A DNA stretch of 61,958 bases, filler included, from Basidioascus undulatus (Eukaryota), in NCBI GenBank assembly GCA_000826855.1. It is 9 parts of 9 records of this genome, joined end to end, with 100 filler letters (N's around TTAATTAATTAA, not from the genome) between each part and the next. Parts side by side here need not be neighbours in the genome. Positions count along the whole stretch, not along the records: positions 39,261 to 43,741 come from JTLS01002144.1; positions 43,842 to 48,321 come from JTLS01002145.1; positions 48,422 to 52,851 come from JTLS01002146.1; 6 more parts are not named here. One strand, given 5' to 3'. Shown here one piece after another: positions 39,623 to 50,525 of the stretch. Under the pieces are notes generated by a model that was not told where the DNA came from, ran no database searches, and saw nothing but the letters and a program-made list of their open reading frames with translations. Positions within the stretch are counted from its first letter, which is position 1. Every line of letters starts with the position of its first letter. The position numbers and the translations under genes are program-made.

Positions 39623-40100
39623 CACTCGGCTCACGCGCGAGCGATCCGCCGGGACCCTGCGTATGTGCACTCGCGTCTCTGTTTGACTCTTTCTATTCCT
39701 TATTGTTTTGGGCCTTCTATACTCGTTATTCCAAGCTCATGGCGCACGGCCAGATGCCACAACCCATCCATTCCAATCGTTCGTTTGCATCCCGTATTAA
39801 CACTGCATTTAGTTACGCCTCGCATTTACCACCTCGTTCGCCACCTGTGCCATTTTATGACTGATGAGCGCTACGGATTTTCCATTACTGAGGAGGAGAA
39901 TGTCTTCAATAAAGATGAGGATGGGCTGGCCTGTAGTGGCAATTCGCAGAAGTCGTCGCCAAACAACCTTCCAGCTCGCGGGGTCATTCCGTCGTCACAA
40001 CCTCTTTCCGGCAGTTCGGTGTGCCCCTCGCCTGCGCTTTCCGTGTCTGCTCATTGTACCGTGCAGCTGTCCACTGGCTCTCAACCACCTCTTTCACAGA

Positions 40101-40775
40101 ATGTCAAGTCTCCCTCTCAGCCGCCGCGCGGTGGGCATCGGTGTTGGCGCGGCAGCGGCAGCGGTGGCGGCTGCGTATGCTACCCAGTCTACAGTCTTCG
40201 CTGAGCGCACTGGTGCCTCTCGCCGTACTCCTTTCTAGAGATTGCCTTGCTTTCTGATATCTTTGGGAGGAGTAATGCTCAGACGACGCCGATCCGACCA
40301 CTCCATCCGTCGTTCTCTCTGCCGCTCTCAAAGTCCCCGCCGGCGCACCGCCCAACTACTCTCACCCCGCACTCAAGAAGGAGGCGGAAGGGCCTTGCGG
40401 CAACGAATTCAAGGCTGCGTTCGAGTGTTTTCATTGGTCGAGCTCTCACCCGAAGGGGCGCGAATGTTCTGAGCAATTCAAGACGCTCAAAGCTTGCGTC
40501 TACGGTGCGTTGCGTCTACACTTCGGAAAGGGCGGTGCAACCTGATCGCGCATGTGCGGACATCAACAGACGAAGACGTCAAGACCTGGTCGTCGAAGAC
40601 GCAAAAGCCTTACGCGTACCATGAAACGTCGATGCGCGACAAACCGACGGGGGAGGGCCTGCCCCCGCCGGGAGTGCACGTACGTCGCGTGCGGCGGGGA
40701 TGGGAGGACGAGAAGGTCAATAGGGTCAGGCAGATCGAAGAGAACGCTGCGGCGGACCGGGCGCGCCGAGTCTAG
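40101..40775 (+). CDS. Mia40/CHCHD4-like twin-CX9C protein lacking the CPC motif, 3 exons
   Basis: Exons 40101-40212, 40283-40504 and 40570-40775. N-terminal RR plus Ala/Gly hydrophobic segment. Core NYSHPALKKEAEGPCGNEFKAAFECFHWSSSHPKGRECSEQFKTLKAC. Confidence 0.8.
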
Positions 40776-41088
40776 TCTAGACTGAAGGGGTGGTGGGTTT
40801 TGGGACGGGTAGGTCAATGATCATGATCGGCCTGGGAAGTGAGGAGAATGACGGCGCGATGGGTCGGAAGGCCCCGAAGACGAGAGTGAACCGGAGCGGA
40901 GCGCATGGACGTGGTGCCGTCTACGAGGAATGTGCGGGAGCGGTCAGGGGAGCTTCTCTGTATCGTGAGCGAGGAGTCATGGAAGATCTGCAGCGGCGAG
41001 TGAACCGCGGTCGTGGGGCCGAGTCAGAGCGTCTGGGACAGCGCACACTGTCCAAGCGGACTTGAAAAAAAAAGCCGCAAGGTGTGTC

Positions 41089-42049
41089 TCATGACCCTTG
41101 CCCGTCATCATCGCCCCCTTTCCTCGCCGCATCCCACGCCTTGGCCAGCACATCCCGCATGACGGTAATCCCCTCGCCCGACTTCGCCTTCTCCCACAAG
41201 CGCTCGGCAAAGCGCTGCTGCATGCCGTTCTCCCAAGACTCGATGTACATCTTGACCAGCTTGACTGTGGGGTTGAAGATGCGGCCGAGTCGCTCCTGTG
41301 CAGCGGAGATGACGTGCGAGGGGACCGGCGCGAGTGGGAAGGCTCGAACCCAGCTGGCGAGGTGTCGGTCAGCGCAATGTAGTCTGGGATGGAGCGAGGA
41401 AACTTCAACTCACCCGCGCTCGACGCCGTCATCGGCATGATAAGCGTCTTCGCTGTCTAGACCCGGTGCAGGTGGCGGCACCGAAGGACCCGTCTCCTTG
41501 GGACGACCCATGTCGCCCATGCTGTGCGCATGCTCGGACGTCTCGAACCTTCCCGTTCCCAAAACCACCCAGCGGCCCTTCAGGAAAGGAAAGCTGCGGA
41601 GTGGATTATCGTGAGCTCGTCAACCTCCTCGGTTTGAAGAGTAACCCGGGAACGCACTCCCAGACTTCCTTTTCGTTTTCACCCTCCCCCTCGTGAGGCA
41701 TCACCGTGCGCCAGCACACCATGCGGCACCGCGGATCGCGCCCCTCCCAGCGTCGTCGCGCCGTCTGATCGCAGAACGTAAAGCACCATTCGTCCAGCAC
41801 GTCCGGTGGCGGCGGAGGGGCAGCGGGGAGGGGAGGCGGAGCCAACAGACGCGCCAGTCGGGCGTGCTGGGAGCGGTTGAAGGGAAAGAATGGATTTGGA
41901 AAGGGTTCGGGCGTTTCTGATGGCTTCTGCGGTGGCAGCGGCCGGGCCCAGGGGTATGCGAAGTGCGTCGGCAGCGCGTCCGAGCGCGTGGGAGGACTAG
42001 CGGGCTCGAGCTCTGGATCGGTGCCGGTAGGAGGCGAAGGAAGTGACAT
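41089..42049 (-). CDS. Hypothetical protein with twin CX3C motif
   Basis: ATG at 42049. CFTFC-x14-CRMVC. Last exon ...MYIESWENGMQQRFAERLWEKAKSG...*. Internal exon boundaries not fully resolved. Confidence 0.65.
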
Positions 42050-42961
42050 GTTGCTGTAAAAAGAAGATGGATCGATGAGCTCTTCTGGTTATTGATCGAA
42101 AGCAGCAGTCGAATGCGAACGGAGGACTCTCCGCGATCGAGATCGGAGCGACACGGTGGCTGAGCAGGTCAAAATACCTTGCTCACCTTCAGATAAGTGT
42201 GAAGCACGTTTATAATTGAGCGTGTTAGTTAGTGTTAATGTAGTGGTAAGTAATGTGGTTAATGTGAAAGGGTGTGTTTTCTGGAGGTACTTTGGACGGA
42301 CGTCCGTCCGACGCTTCAGGGCCGGATGTCGTCCAGAGTGGCGCCAAATAACCAGGTTTCCGCTGTTTCCATCACTCGTGTTTGGCTGCGTTCCGGAGCT
42401 GGGTTCCGGACTTCAGGCCTTGTCAATCGTTTCTCGTCGCCTTCTCTCCTCGGCTCAGAATCACTAAAAAGACAGGCGCGGTTTTGGCACTCTGGTTCGA
42501 ACCGGAGAAAGCCGTGGTGGAGCAGAAGAATGCCAGATTCGCCAATGCAGGCCGCGGCCGGCGATCCTCTCAATGGACTCCCTTTCAAGTCGAGTTCCGA
42601 ATCCCGGATGCCTGTTGATATCACTCAGTGATGGCGAACACCGTATTCTCCAAGGCTGCTGTGCTACGGTCCGCCTGGTGTATATGTAGTGCTGGCTCTA
42701 TTTCAAGTACATGTCGTGCCGCCTTCCGTGGGCTTCGCTACCGGCACTGCAAAGGGCCTGTATTTCAGCCTGGTAGTTGCGTCTGATCGAACAGCTCCTC
42801 GGCTCAGATACCACTGTTGACATCGCAATGTTGCCTTGTTGTGGGGCAGGATGATACAGCTGACCACATTACTGCTCGTGGGCCTTGCAATATAAGGTGC
42901 GGGTAAGGTGTGCGGTTTACCACCCACTTCTCCCCGACAGCCTTAAGCTTGCAACGTGAAG

Positions 42962-43690
42962 ATGCCTCGTCTCGCAATCGCTACGCTTTTCACGCTACTC
43001 TCGCTCTCTTTGCTCTCACCGTCCGCCCAAAAGCACTCCGGACGACCCTGGCCTTGTTCTTTCTCTTCCTCGTACCACGATCTCCAACGACTCAGAGTAC
43101 GGCTCCAGGTGCGCCATACGCTGCGACTCTCTCGCATTTGCATCACATCTGTACTTGAACGGTCAGACCTGATGATGTATGCACACAGGCCCGGCTGCGG
43201 ACAGTTTCGATGACGAAAGCCTCTATCGCTCATTCCAAATGTGACGACCCCGCCCGAACCCATCAACCATGGTCTGGGAGCGACCGCACTCAAGTCTCAG
43301 GAAGTAGGTGCTGCCATCATCCTCCCGACTACTACCTTTTCCTCCACAGGTCAGACTCTAATGGTTCCTGGATTGCAGAATGAGGAGCTCGACCGTCAGA
43401 ACGCAGACGCATTCGCTCCGCCTACGACGGACCATGGGGAAGGTAAGTTACCTGACAACTCCGATGTCCACGTGGACCTGACTGAAATCGAACGGACACT
43501 TCCGCACAGTGCCCAATGCCAATTAAGCGTCGACATCCTCTTGTCACTGTTCTGATACATCATCAATAGCTGATTCACGGCATCGCGTTGTTCTGCAGAT
43601 GGCCTTACAGCCTGTCGCACAACCGCCTCAGTAAAGGCGGATGGGGTCGTCAACAGAGGATTAGCGTGTTGCCCGTGGCCGAAGTGATGG
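42962..43690 (+). pseudogene. Oxalate decarboxylase (bicupin), 5' part, disrupted
   Basis: Signal peptide, PEPINHGLGAT, LDRQNADAFAPPTTDHGE-VPNAK-WPYSLSHNRLSKGGWGRQQ. Donor site reads TTAAGC at 43523, with frame disruptions upstream. Confidence 0.75.
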
Positions 43691-43741
43691 TGATTGGGAC
43701 AAGACTCAGAATGCAGCACTCCACCTTTAATGTATCCACTA

Positions 43742-43841
43742 NNNNNNNNNNNNNNNNNNNNNNNNNNNNNNNNNNNNNNNNNNNNTTAATTAATTAANNN
43801 NNNNNNNNNNNNNNNNNNNNNNNNNNNNNNNNNNNNNNNNN
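43742..43841. other. Artificial contig spacer
   Basis: N44-TTAATTAATTAA-N44. Confidence 0.98.
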
Positions 43842-43844
43842 ATA

Positions 43845-43916
43845 TTCCTCCTAGCCGACTTGAACGACTGACCTCGTCATTACTAGTGACGCGCTCTACC
43901 ACTGAGCTAAGGAGGA
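43845..43916 (-). tRNA. tRNA-Thr(AGT)
   Basis: Reverse complement TCCTCCTTAGCTCAGTGGTAGAGCGCGTCACTAGTAATGACGAGGTCAGTCGTTCAAGTCGGCTAGGAGGAA. Full cloverleaf, anticodon arm CGTCA-CTAGTAA-TGACG. Confidence 0.93.
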
Positions 43917-44950
43917 AGATGTAAACACTCCTGCTTTCATTTTCATCTTTTTGTGTTACCGTCAATGCTGTAAAAATTCATGAGCATCGTGGATCAGTTG
44001 CGGGTGGAGAGGAGTGCAGTTGATCGAGGAATGCTTGGCCATTCACCCTGCACGCCATTCCGGCCTGTACAGATGCTGCATCGCCTCTGGTTGCGATGGG
44101 CAGTTAAAACGCTGTATCAGGCTGCCATGCCTCATTTCGGTTGGCCTTGTAACGCTAACTTGAGAGTTTGACGAGAAGACCTGTCAGGAAACCAAGTGGA
44201 ATAACTTTAAGATACTGCATTTCCTATTTTCCCAGGCGAACAACACCAGGAACGACCGGGGCGGGAGCAAGGCTTTGATGTTGGAATCACGGCTTGCATG
44301 ACGATGTTCGCTTGGTTCCAGGGTGCTGCAGGCACTTCTTTCAAACTCTCGAAGTTCTGTAAGACCATATGCAGGGAGATTATTCACCTGACTGGAGTTC
44401 CCTTCCCAGGGCTGCCAGTAGTGAGGTCTTCCTCGCACCGTACTGCAGAGTGCCTAGTCTTCCTGAAGACATACCACTGGCACACCAACACCGGTCTGGA
44501 ATGGCATTTCCCTTTTACACCTTACATTCTATGCAGAATTAACTGTATGCGTTTTTCTTCCATGAAGGGTAGCATAGATGCTTTTGCAGTTTTCTGCAAG
44601 CGGCTTGAGCTTCACGCGTACGAGTGGCAGTCCCCGGAGCGCTGGAGCCCTGCGTCTTCTGACGCACACGTCAAGCTCGCCTTCAGCATTACAGTAATGG
44701 GTAAGCAAGACTTCTTTTCCATGATCATGATGTTTCTGCTGGGAATGCTGATATGGTGCACCGCAAAATGTGGGGACTGCCCTTAGTGGCTGGTGATTCA
44801 AGCGGTACATCATCGCTTCCCGGCCACAGTCGTGCCTGATAAGCACCGTTTCGAAGCTTCCCTTCCCCTTTCCTCACCGAAGCCACTTCTCTTTGAACTA
44901 TACCAACCCCTGTGCCTCTCTATACCAAACACCCTACGAAAAACTTCACC

Positions 44951-45348
44951 ATGCCCGACTACGCCGACATCGCGAACCCCGCTGCCAACTACAACGCTGC
45001 GCACTCGGTCAACGGTCCCGCTCAGTCGTCGACGCAGAAGGAGTCCGAGGCTGGTGTTCGTGTGAGCTGCTTTTCTTTCGAGAGGATGGGCTTATCGGGT
45101 TTTGTGACGGCGGACTGATGTGTTTGTCACCGGGGCAGCTCGTTCCCCGTCCCGAGGACGTTTCCCAGTTCGACGCCGAGCCTCAGCCGGATGTCGCTCC
45201 CGGCGGCGGGCGCTCCAGCGGAGGCAAGTCTCAGGGCAACCACCAGGGCGGCGGCGGGGCGGACCAGGTTGGTCGCTTATACGACGAGCGGGAGCAGCAC
45301 AAGCGGGAGGTGAAGGAGCGTCACGGTGCACCGGACTTCAAAGCTTGA
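44951..45348 (+). CDS. Small hydrophilic Gly-rich protein (hydrophilin-like), 2 exons
   Basis: MPDYADIANPAANY...EAGVR, intron GTGAGC...GGCAG, then LVPRPEDVSQFD...HGAPDFKA* in frame. Good ATG context (TTCACCATG). Confidence 0.65.
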
Positions 45349-45747
45349 GGACGATGGGCGCATAGCATCTGCAACATAAATGACAACAAGGAAATCTGAT
45401 CCTCGTCTCAGTGTGCCAATCGTGCACGTCCAAGCCTGTACTCCGTATGTCAAAGTAGTCGCGGAGAAAATAATGTGGTTCGAAGTTCCACTTTCTGCAG
45501 CTGAGATCAAGCCCAAGGATGTCAATCTGCGCACTCTGGTTGCCACCAAGAATTAGGGGGCTGCAAAAGTACTGTATAGGTCAGTACAGCTTGACCCGCT
45601 CGGGCCGGTGCACCGCGTGTTGTCTCGCAATGCCGCAGTTGAAAATTCTCCTCTGGTTCCCTGCCCTCGTTCCTTCACCTTTCACAGACCACAGCTACGA
45701 TATCTCGCCCTTATTTCCATATTCGGCCAATTACTACTCCCTTCGCA

Positions 45748-46241
45748 ATGCCTATCGAATATCAAGTTGAGGTCCTCGGCGTTGCTCCGCCGTACACCGT
45801 TCACGAGAAGGCCCTGCCCTTCCATCGCATAGAGGGCTACGTGCCCATCAGTCCCTGTTCATTCCGCGTGATGAGCCCTCGATCGCCCCACAAGGTCCTC
45901 TGCGTTTTCGATCTTGAGAACGAGATAGGTGTCGTGCTCCGTTGCAGGGAGACCTCTCGTATTACCGCCGCACCAACGAGTCACTACCGATGCGCCAGAT
46001 CGACACGTTCTTCTCCGACCTGCCGAACGATGAGGATGTGAATGTGAACGTTCTGTTCCTCTACCACCCAGTGCGAGGACTCGTCTTTTCCGAGAACTTG
46101 ACGGCCGAGCACCAGATCTGGGACTTGAGCTTGACCTACAAAACCACTCGTCGCACCGGCCTTCCTTTCACTTTCGCAGATGCTCCCCAGGCCCTCCCGT
46201 CTGAAGGTTCAGCGTTATCGACAAAGTCACAGGACAAAGAA
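45748..46241 (+). CDS. Hypothetical protein (multi-exon, ends uncertain)
   Basis: MPIEYQVEVLGVAPPY exon and GDLSYYRRTNESLPMRQIDTFF...QDKE exon ending in a GTAAGT donor. Confidence 0.35.
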
Positions 46242-47433
46242 GTAAGTCCGCTGGTATTCCTCGGCGCTTTCGCGTACTGCACCTGACCCCCTAGAGACCA
46301 CAGTGGTGTAACGCGCACAACATGTAGGGGACGCCAAGGCGCTCGAAGCGGGGGCGAAGTTTGCGTTGGGCTTTTCTTGCAACGAAATGACTGCTGTTCC
46401 TTAAACTTTCCTTAAACTAGCATCCCGGGGGGAATATGCAATGATTGGGGGCCGAGAGTCAGGCAAATATGTTTGGTGCACGCCGTCGTCACCCCTAGGA
46501 TCTCACGTCCCCTCGCAGAGGGCCTTGCATCTCATGTATTGTCACGGGTCTCCATTGAGGACCATGCAGGCACATCCTTCCGTTCGTCCCGCGCCGAAGG
46601 CTTTCCCCTTCCCCCTCCCCTGAAGCCTTTCATTTTCCGGCCGCCTCGTGGCCTATCGGCTCTTATATCAAGCGTAGTGCACGCAGGAGATGGTCCATAT
46701 GGGAGCTTTGGGAATCGTATCGATGCCGTCGGGCCCGCATACTTGCGATCGCTCGGCCGTCTGCTGGTCTTGAGCTGGGGGCTCCCTTCTTGGACGAGCA
46801 CGCGGACACCGCCAAACACCGCCGGGAATGTCCTGAACATTGCTGCAAAACACCTCCGGCTGTGGCAAGGTTCGCATCGCGAGCCGATGAAGATGATTGG
46901 TTTCCGGAGGCAAGTGAACGCAGGAACCGCAAATGCATGGAGGAATGGGCGACCATCTGCTGCCGAGTTTCATAATGGCAGGCTGAAAGTCCGCTGAACT
47001 TGTATACTCGCACGATTCACAAGATAAGCTAAAGATTGTGTGTCTCCGCAGCAAACAGGCTGAGCGGTTATCAGCCCACTCCCTGCACGACCAGGCTCAG
47101 CGCACAGCACTCCATCACCGGTGAAACACAGTATTGATATGGCAAACACCAGGAATACCATTAAGCGCGACAAAGAGGACAGGACAGTCTGACATTGTAG
47201 CAACGAGGCGAGGCAAAACGGGAATTGAGGAACAGGGAGGGGTCGTAGGACGGGACGTCAGCGTATCGGGTAGGTGAGCGTTCAAAAGGCGTATCAAGGT
47301 CGAGGACAAAGACAAATGACAATCAATGAGATTACAGAAGGCGTATAAGACGGTCGAGCGAGAGCGAGCGAGAAGAAAGCAATGCGCAAGCGAGCGAGAG
47401 AAAAGACTGAACTGATCAACAAAACTCAACCAA

Positions 47434-48256
47434 CTACCGCCCTCCATGTTCCCCCCCGAACGCCGAGCTCAAGCTCTCCCTCAGCGCCCTCGTATCACCT
47501 CCCGCGCCACCGGCCCCTCCCTCCCTCGGCTCGCCGTCGACGCCCGTGATTCCCAGCCCGCTCCGCTGCGCCTCGTGCTCCTCCACGTCCTCATCCTCGT
47601 CCGTCAGCTCCAGGATCCGGCGGCTCAGCGCGGCGATCTCGCCCTCCCCGTCCGCGTCCGCCTCGAGATCCGTCTCGTCCGCGTCGGACGCTGCGCTGTG
47701 CCCCGAGCGCCCGCCGTCGGACGCGGGCGTTTGGGCGCGCGAAGTCGCGAGCCGACGGATGAGGGGCAGGAGGAGCGCGGAGTTGCGGATGTTCGTTGCC
47801 AGTTGGGGGTCTGGGGGCGGGGCAAAGGGAGGGGGTTCAGAATGAGGAGGGCGAAGGGAAGGAGGACGACAGGGAAGGGACGAGAGCGCAACGCACCCTC
47901 AGACTCCAGCAGCTGCACCAGCGTCCACACGGCAATATGCTGGAACGTCGTGTCAGGCGAGCCGAGGAAGCGGACGAGGTACGTGTGCAGCCCGCCCTCG
48001 GGCTTGTTCCACACCGAGTTGAAGAACGAGTAGTCGTCGGCTGTTCGTCCCACGCCACCCCACACAGCAACGCAGCACGCAAGTCAGCGCGCATGAAACG
48101 AGAAGCTACAAATGGAACAGCTGAAGCTGACCTTTGCTGGAAAGGTTACCGAGCGCAGCAGCCGAGTTACCCTGCACCTCGACGCTCTGCGATGCCGTGA
48201 GGGGGATGAGGACCTCGCAGATGCCCATCTCGAGCAGCCCCGCCTTCAGATCATCT
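47434..48256 (-). CDS. VAC8: Vacuolar protein 8 (armadillo repeats), 3' part
   Basis: [86 protein letters not shown]. Confidence 0.93.
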
Positions 48257-48321
48257 GTCCTCCCCGCACCACCCAATCAGCACCTTTCTTCCATCCCCTC
48301 TCCCCTCTCTCCCCTCCAGCG

Positions 48322-48421
48322 NNNNNNNNNNNNNNNNNNNNNNNNNNNNNNNNNNNNNNNNNNNNTTAATTAATTAANNNNNNNNNNNNNNNNNNNNNNN
48401 NNNNNNNNNNNNNNNNNNNNN
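48322..48421. other. Artificial contig spacer
   Basis: N44-TTAATTAATTAA-N44. Confidence 0.98.
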
Positions 48422-48436
48422 CTAATTTTTTACCAA

Positions 48437-48509
48437 GCCTCGCTAGCTCAATCGGTAGAGCGTGAGACTCTTAATCTCAAGGCTGCGGGTTCGACCCCCG
48501 CGTGGGGCT
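48437..48509 (+). tRNA. tRNA-Lys(CTT)
   Basis: GCCTCGCTAGCTCAATCGGTAGAGCGTGAGACTCTTAATCTCAAGGCTGCGGGTTCGACCCCCGCGTGGGGCT followed by a T-run Pol III terminator. Confidence 0.96.
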
Positions 48510-48609
48510 TTTTAATACCCCTTTTCTTGTATGGGGTGCTTGCGGCTGAGACTGTCCGGATGGGATCAAATGGCTTTTCTGTGGCTGGTGTAGAGATGGG
48601 ACAACGTTG

Positions 48610-48860
48610 AGTGTGACATGCTGGATGACTTGTTGGACAGCCCCCTACTCCTTGTGACATGTTAAACATTAATGCTGAGTAGCTGTCTGTTATGTTGGAC
48701 ACATTATTAGATGACCGTTTGACATGTTGGACAACATGTTGGATGCCTCCTCAACATGTTGGATGGACGCATTGGACCCCTTGCAGACATGTTGGATGAT
48801 ATGTTGGATGCCTCTCTACCATCTTGGACTGCATGTTAGGCATCATGTTGGATGTCATGC
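48610..48860. repeat. Degenerate short-motif array (ACATGTTGGA), probable transposon relic
   Basis: Many catgttgga/tgttggac variants in CpG-poor DNA. Confidence 0.6.
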
Positions 48861-49078
48861 TGTAAAATGGCTTCGGTGCGTGACAAAGTCAGGTACCACA
48901 AGCCTGTGGTGCTTTGCATCTTCCCACTCAACTCAGTTACAGACTAGTGAATTTTGTGCAGGAGCCTCTGTTTGGGGGTCTAGGGAAGACAGTCTCACTC
49001 CAGGGAAGAAATATGCTGAAGTGTACTGGAGTGTGGTCTGATCAAGACTGCTTTGGCCTGCAACACAGCATAAACTAG

Positions 49079-49422
49079 TGTCATGAATCAGACGGGGTGG
49101 GGCAGACCGCAGCAGGGGCTACTGGCTGATGGGGCTTATGGTGGCAAGGATAGATTATGAGGCTGGGGTAGGGCTAGGGTGAGGACTAAAGCTAAGGCAG
49201 GAGTAGGAGAGCAAGACCAGATGGGGAGCAAGCAGAGGGTAAGGGGGCATTCTTATAGCTACCAGAAGGACTGCCTTGCCAAGAGGCTGTGAAGGGGCAA
49301 GGCTGGGGAGGGCTGTGGAAGGCGCAGCTAGTTGCCAAGAAGGGAAAATAATGAAAGTGTGACAGGGGAGATGACAAGGGTGACAGTTGTCAGGAATCAG
49401 ACTGGGTGGGGTATTCATGACA
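49079..49422. mobile_element. Solo LTR
   Basis: TG...CA ends with inverted termini TGTCATGAAT/ATTCATGACA. Flanks actag/agtag form a 5-bp TSD with one mismatch. Homologous to 61021-61407 and 61783-61958. Confidence 0.75.
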
Positions 49423-50525
49423 AGTAGCTTTAAACTGGTGAAGACTGCTTCAATGGTTGATTGAAAGTGTTTTAGCATTTAGTGTGGCAGACAGTTGCAG
49501 ACTGGTGTGGACTGCGACAAGCTATCTGTTTGTATCTGCTGATTGCTTCAAGGTGGATAAGACTTCTTCAGTCTAGTGTGTCCAGTGAAGATGTATGATG
49601 ACCATCTCAGCTGGCCAGGACTGCCAATCTGGTCAAAATTGCTGCAGTCTTGGGAAGGCTGATTCGTCAGCAGCTACTCTAAGACTGCTTAATTGTAAGA
49701 ATCTCTAGGGTCACACTGCTCATGGGCAAAACTGCTTTGGGCCTGTGCAGGCTGCTTCAGACTGGTGCAGACTACTGCACACTAGAAAAGACTTCCAGGC
49801 TATTGTCTGGGAAAATCAATACTCAGCTGTGGACTGGTCTCAACTAGTCTGATTGTCTGTGCAATGACTGAGTGCACCTGTAAGATGGAAACATGGAAAC
49901 AAGGCAGTGGCACAGAGATGCCACGCAGCAGATCACGCACACTCTCACATCTTCAACACCTCAATATTAACCTTTGACCACCGACCGGCGGTTCTAGGAC
50001 ATAGCTAAAAGTGCATGTGTAATACTTCCATTAATGTGCTGGGGTTTTCACGGTCACAGCGTTGTACAGGCACCCAAGCCTCCTGCAGCTATCTCTCATC
50101 ATATCAGCGCTTCCCACCGGGAGATTCCCCGAGAAATACTCCAGTCTGTTCACAAAGCGTAAGGGCCTATTACAATGCAAAATGCAGGTTGTCCAGCGGC
50201 AGGCTCGAAGACTGTCCAGATTCGGTAGAAAGAGGGGGATGAGGAGCTTCTGGTCAGTCGTTGGGTGTCAAAAACATAATATTACACTGCTTCTGTTGAA
50301 TAACCTGAAGAGCCTGACCAGCATGCTGATGAGAAAATGAAGCGACGATACTGTGGCGAAGTAACTACAGATTGACACGCCGGGCCTGACACGAGGAGCA
50401 GCCAGCTCGACGTCAGGGACGCCGGTTCCCCTTGTCGTACTCCTTGAACTGCACACTCTCGCCGAGTTCGCCTCTTTCACAACCTCGATCCGGACTGTGA
50501 CTGATCGGGGCGCACATAGCTCAGG

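Noticed and set aside
44100..44790. Possible transposase relics (also 25496-26060, 57740-58680)
   Set aside because: No diagnostic DDE, RT or recombinase motif could be read.
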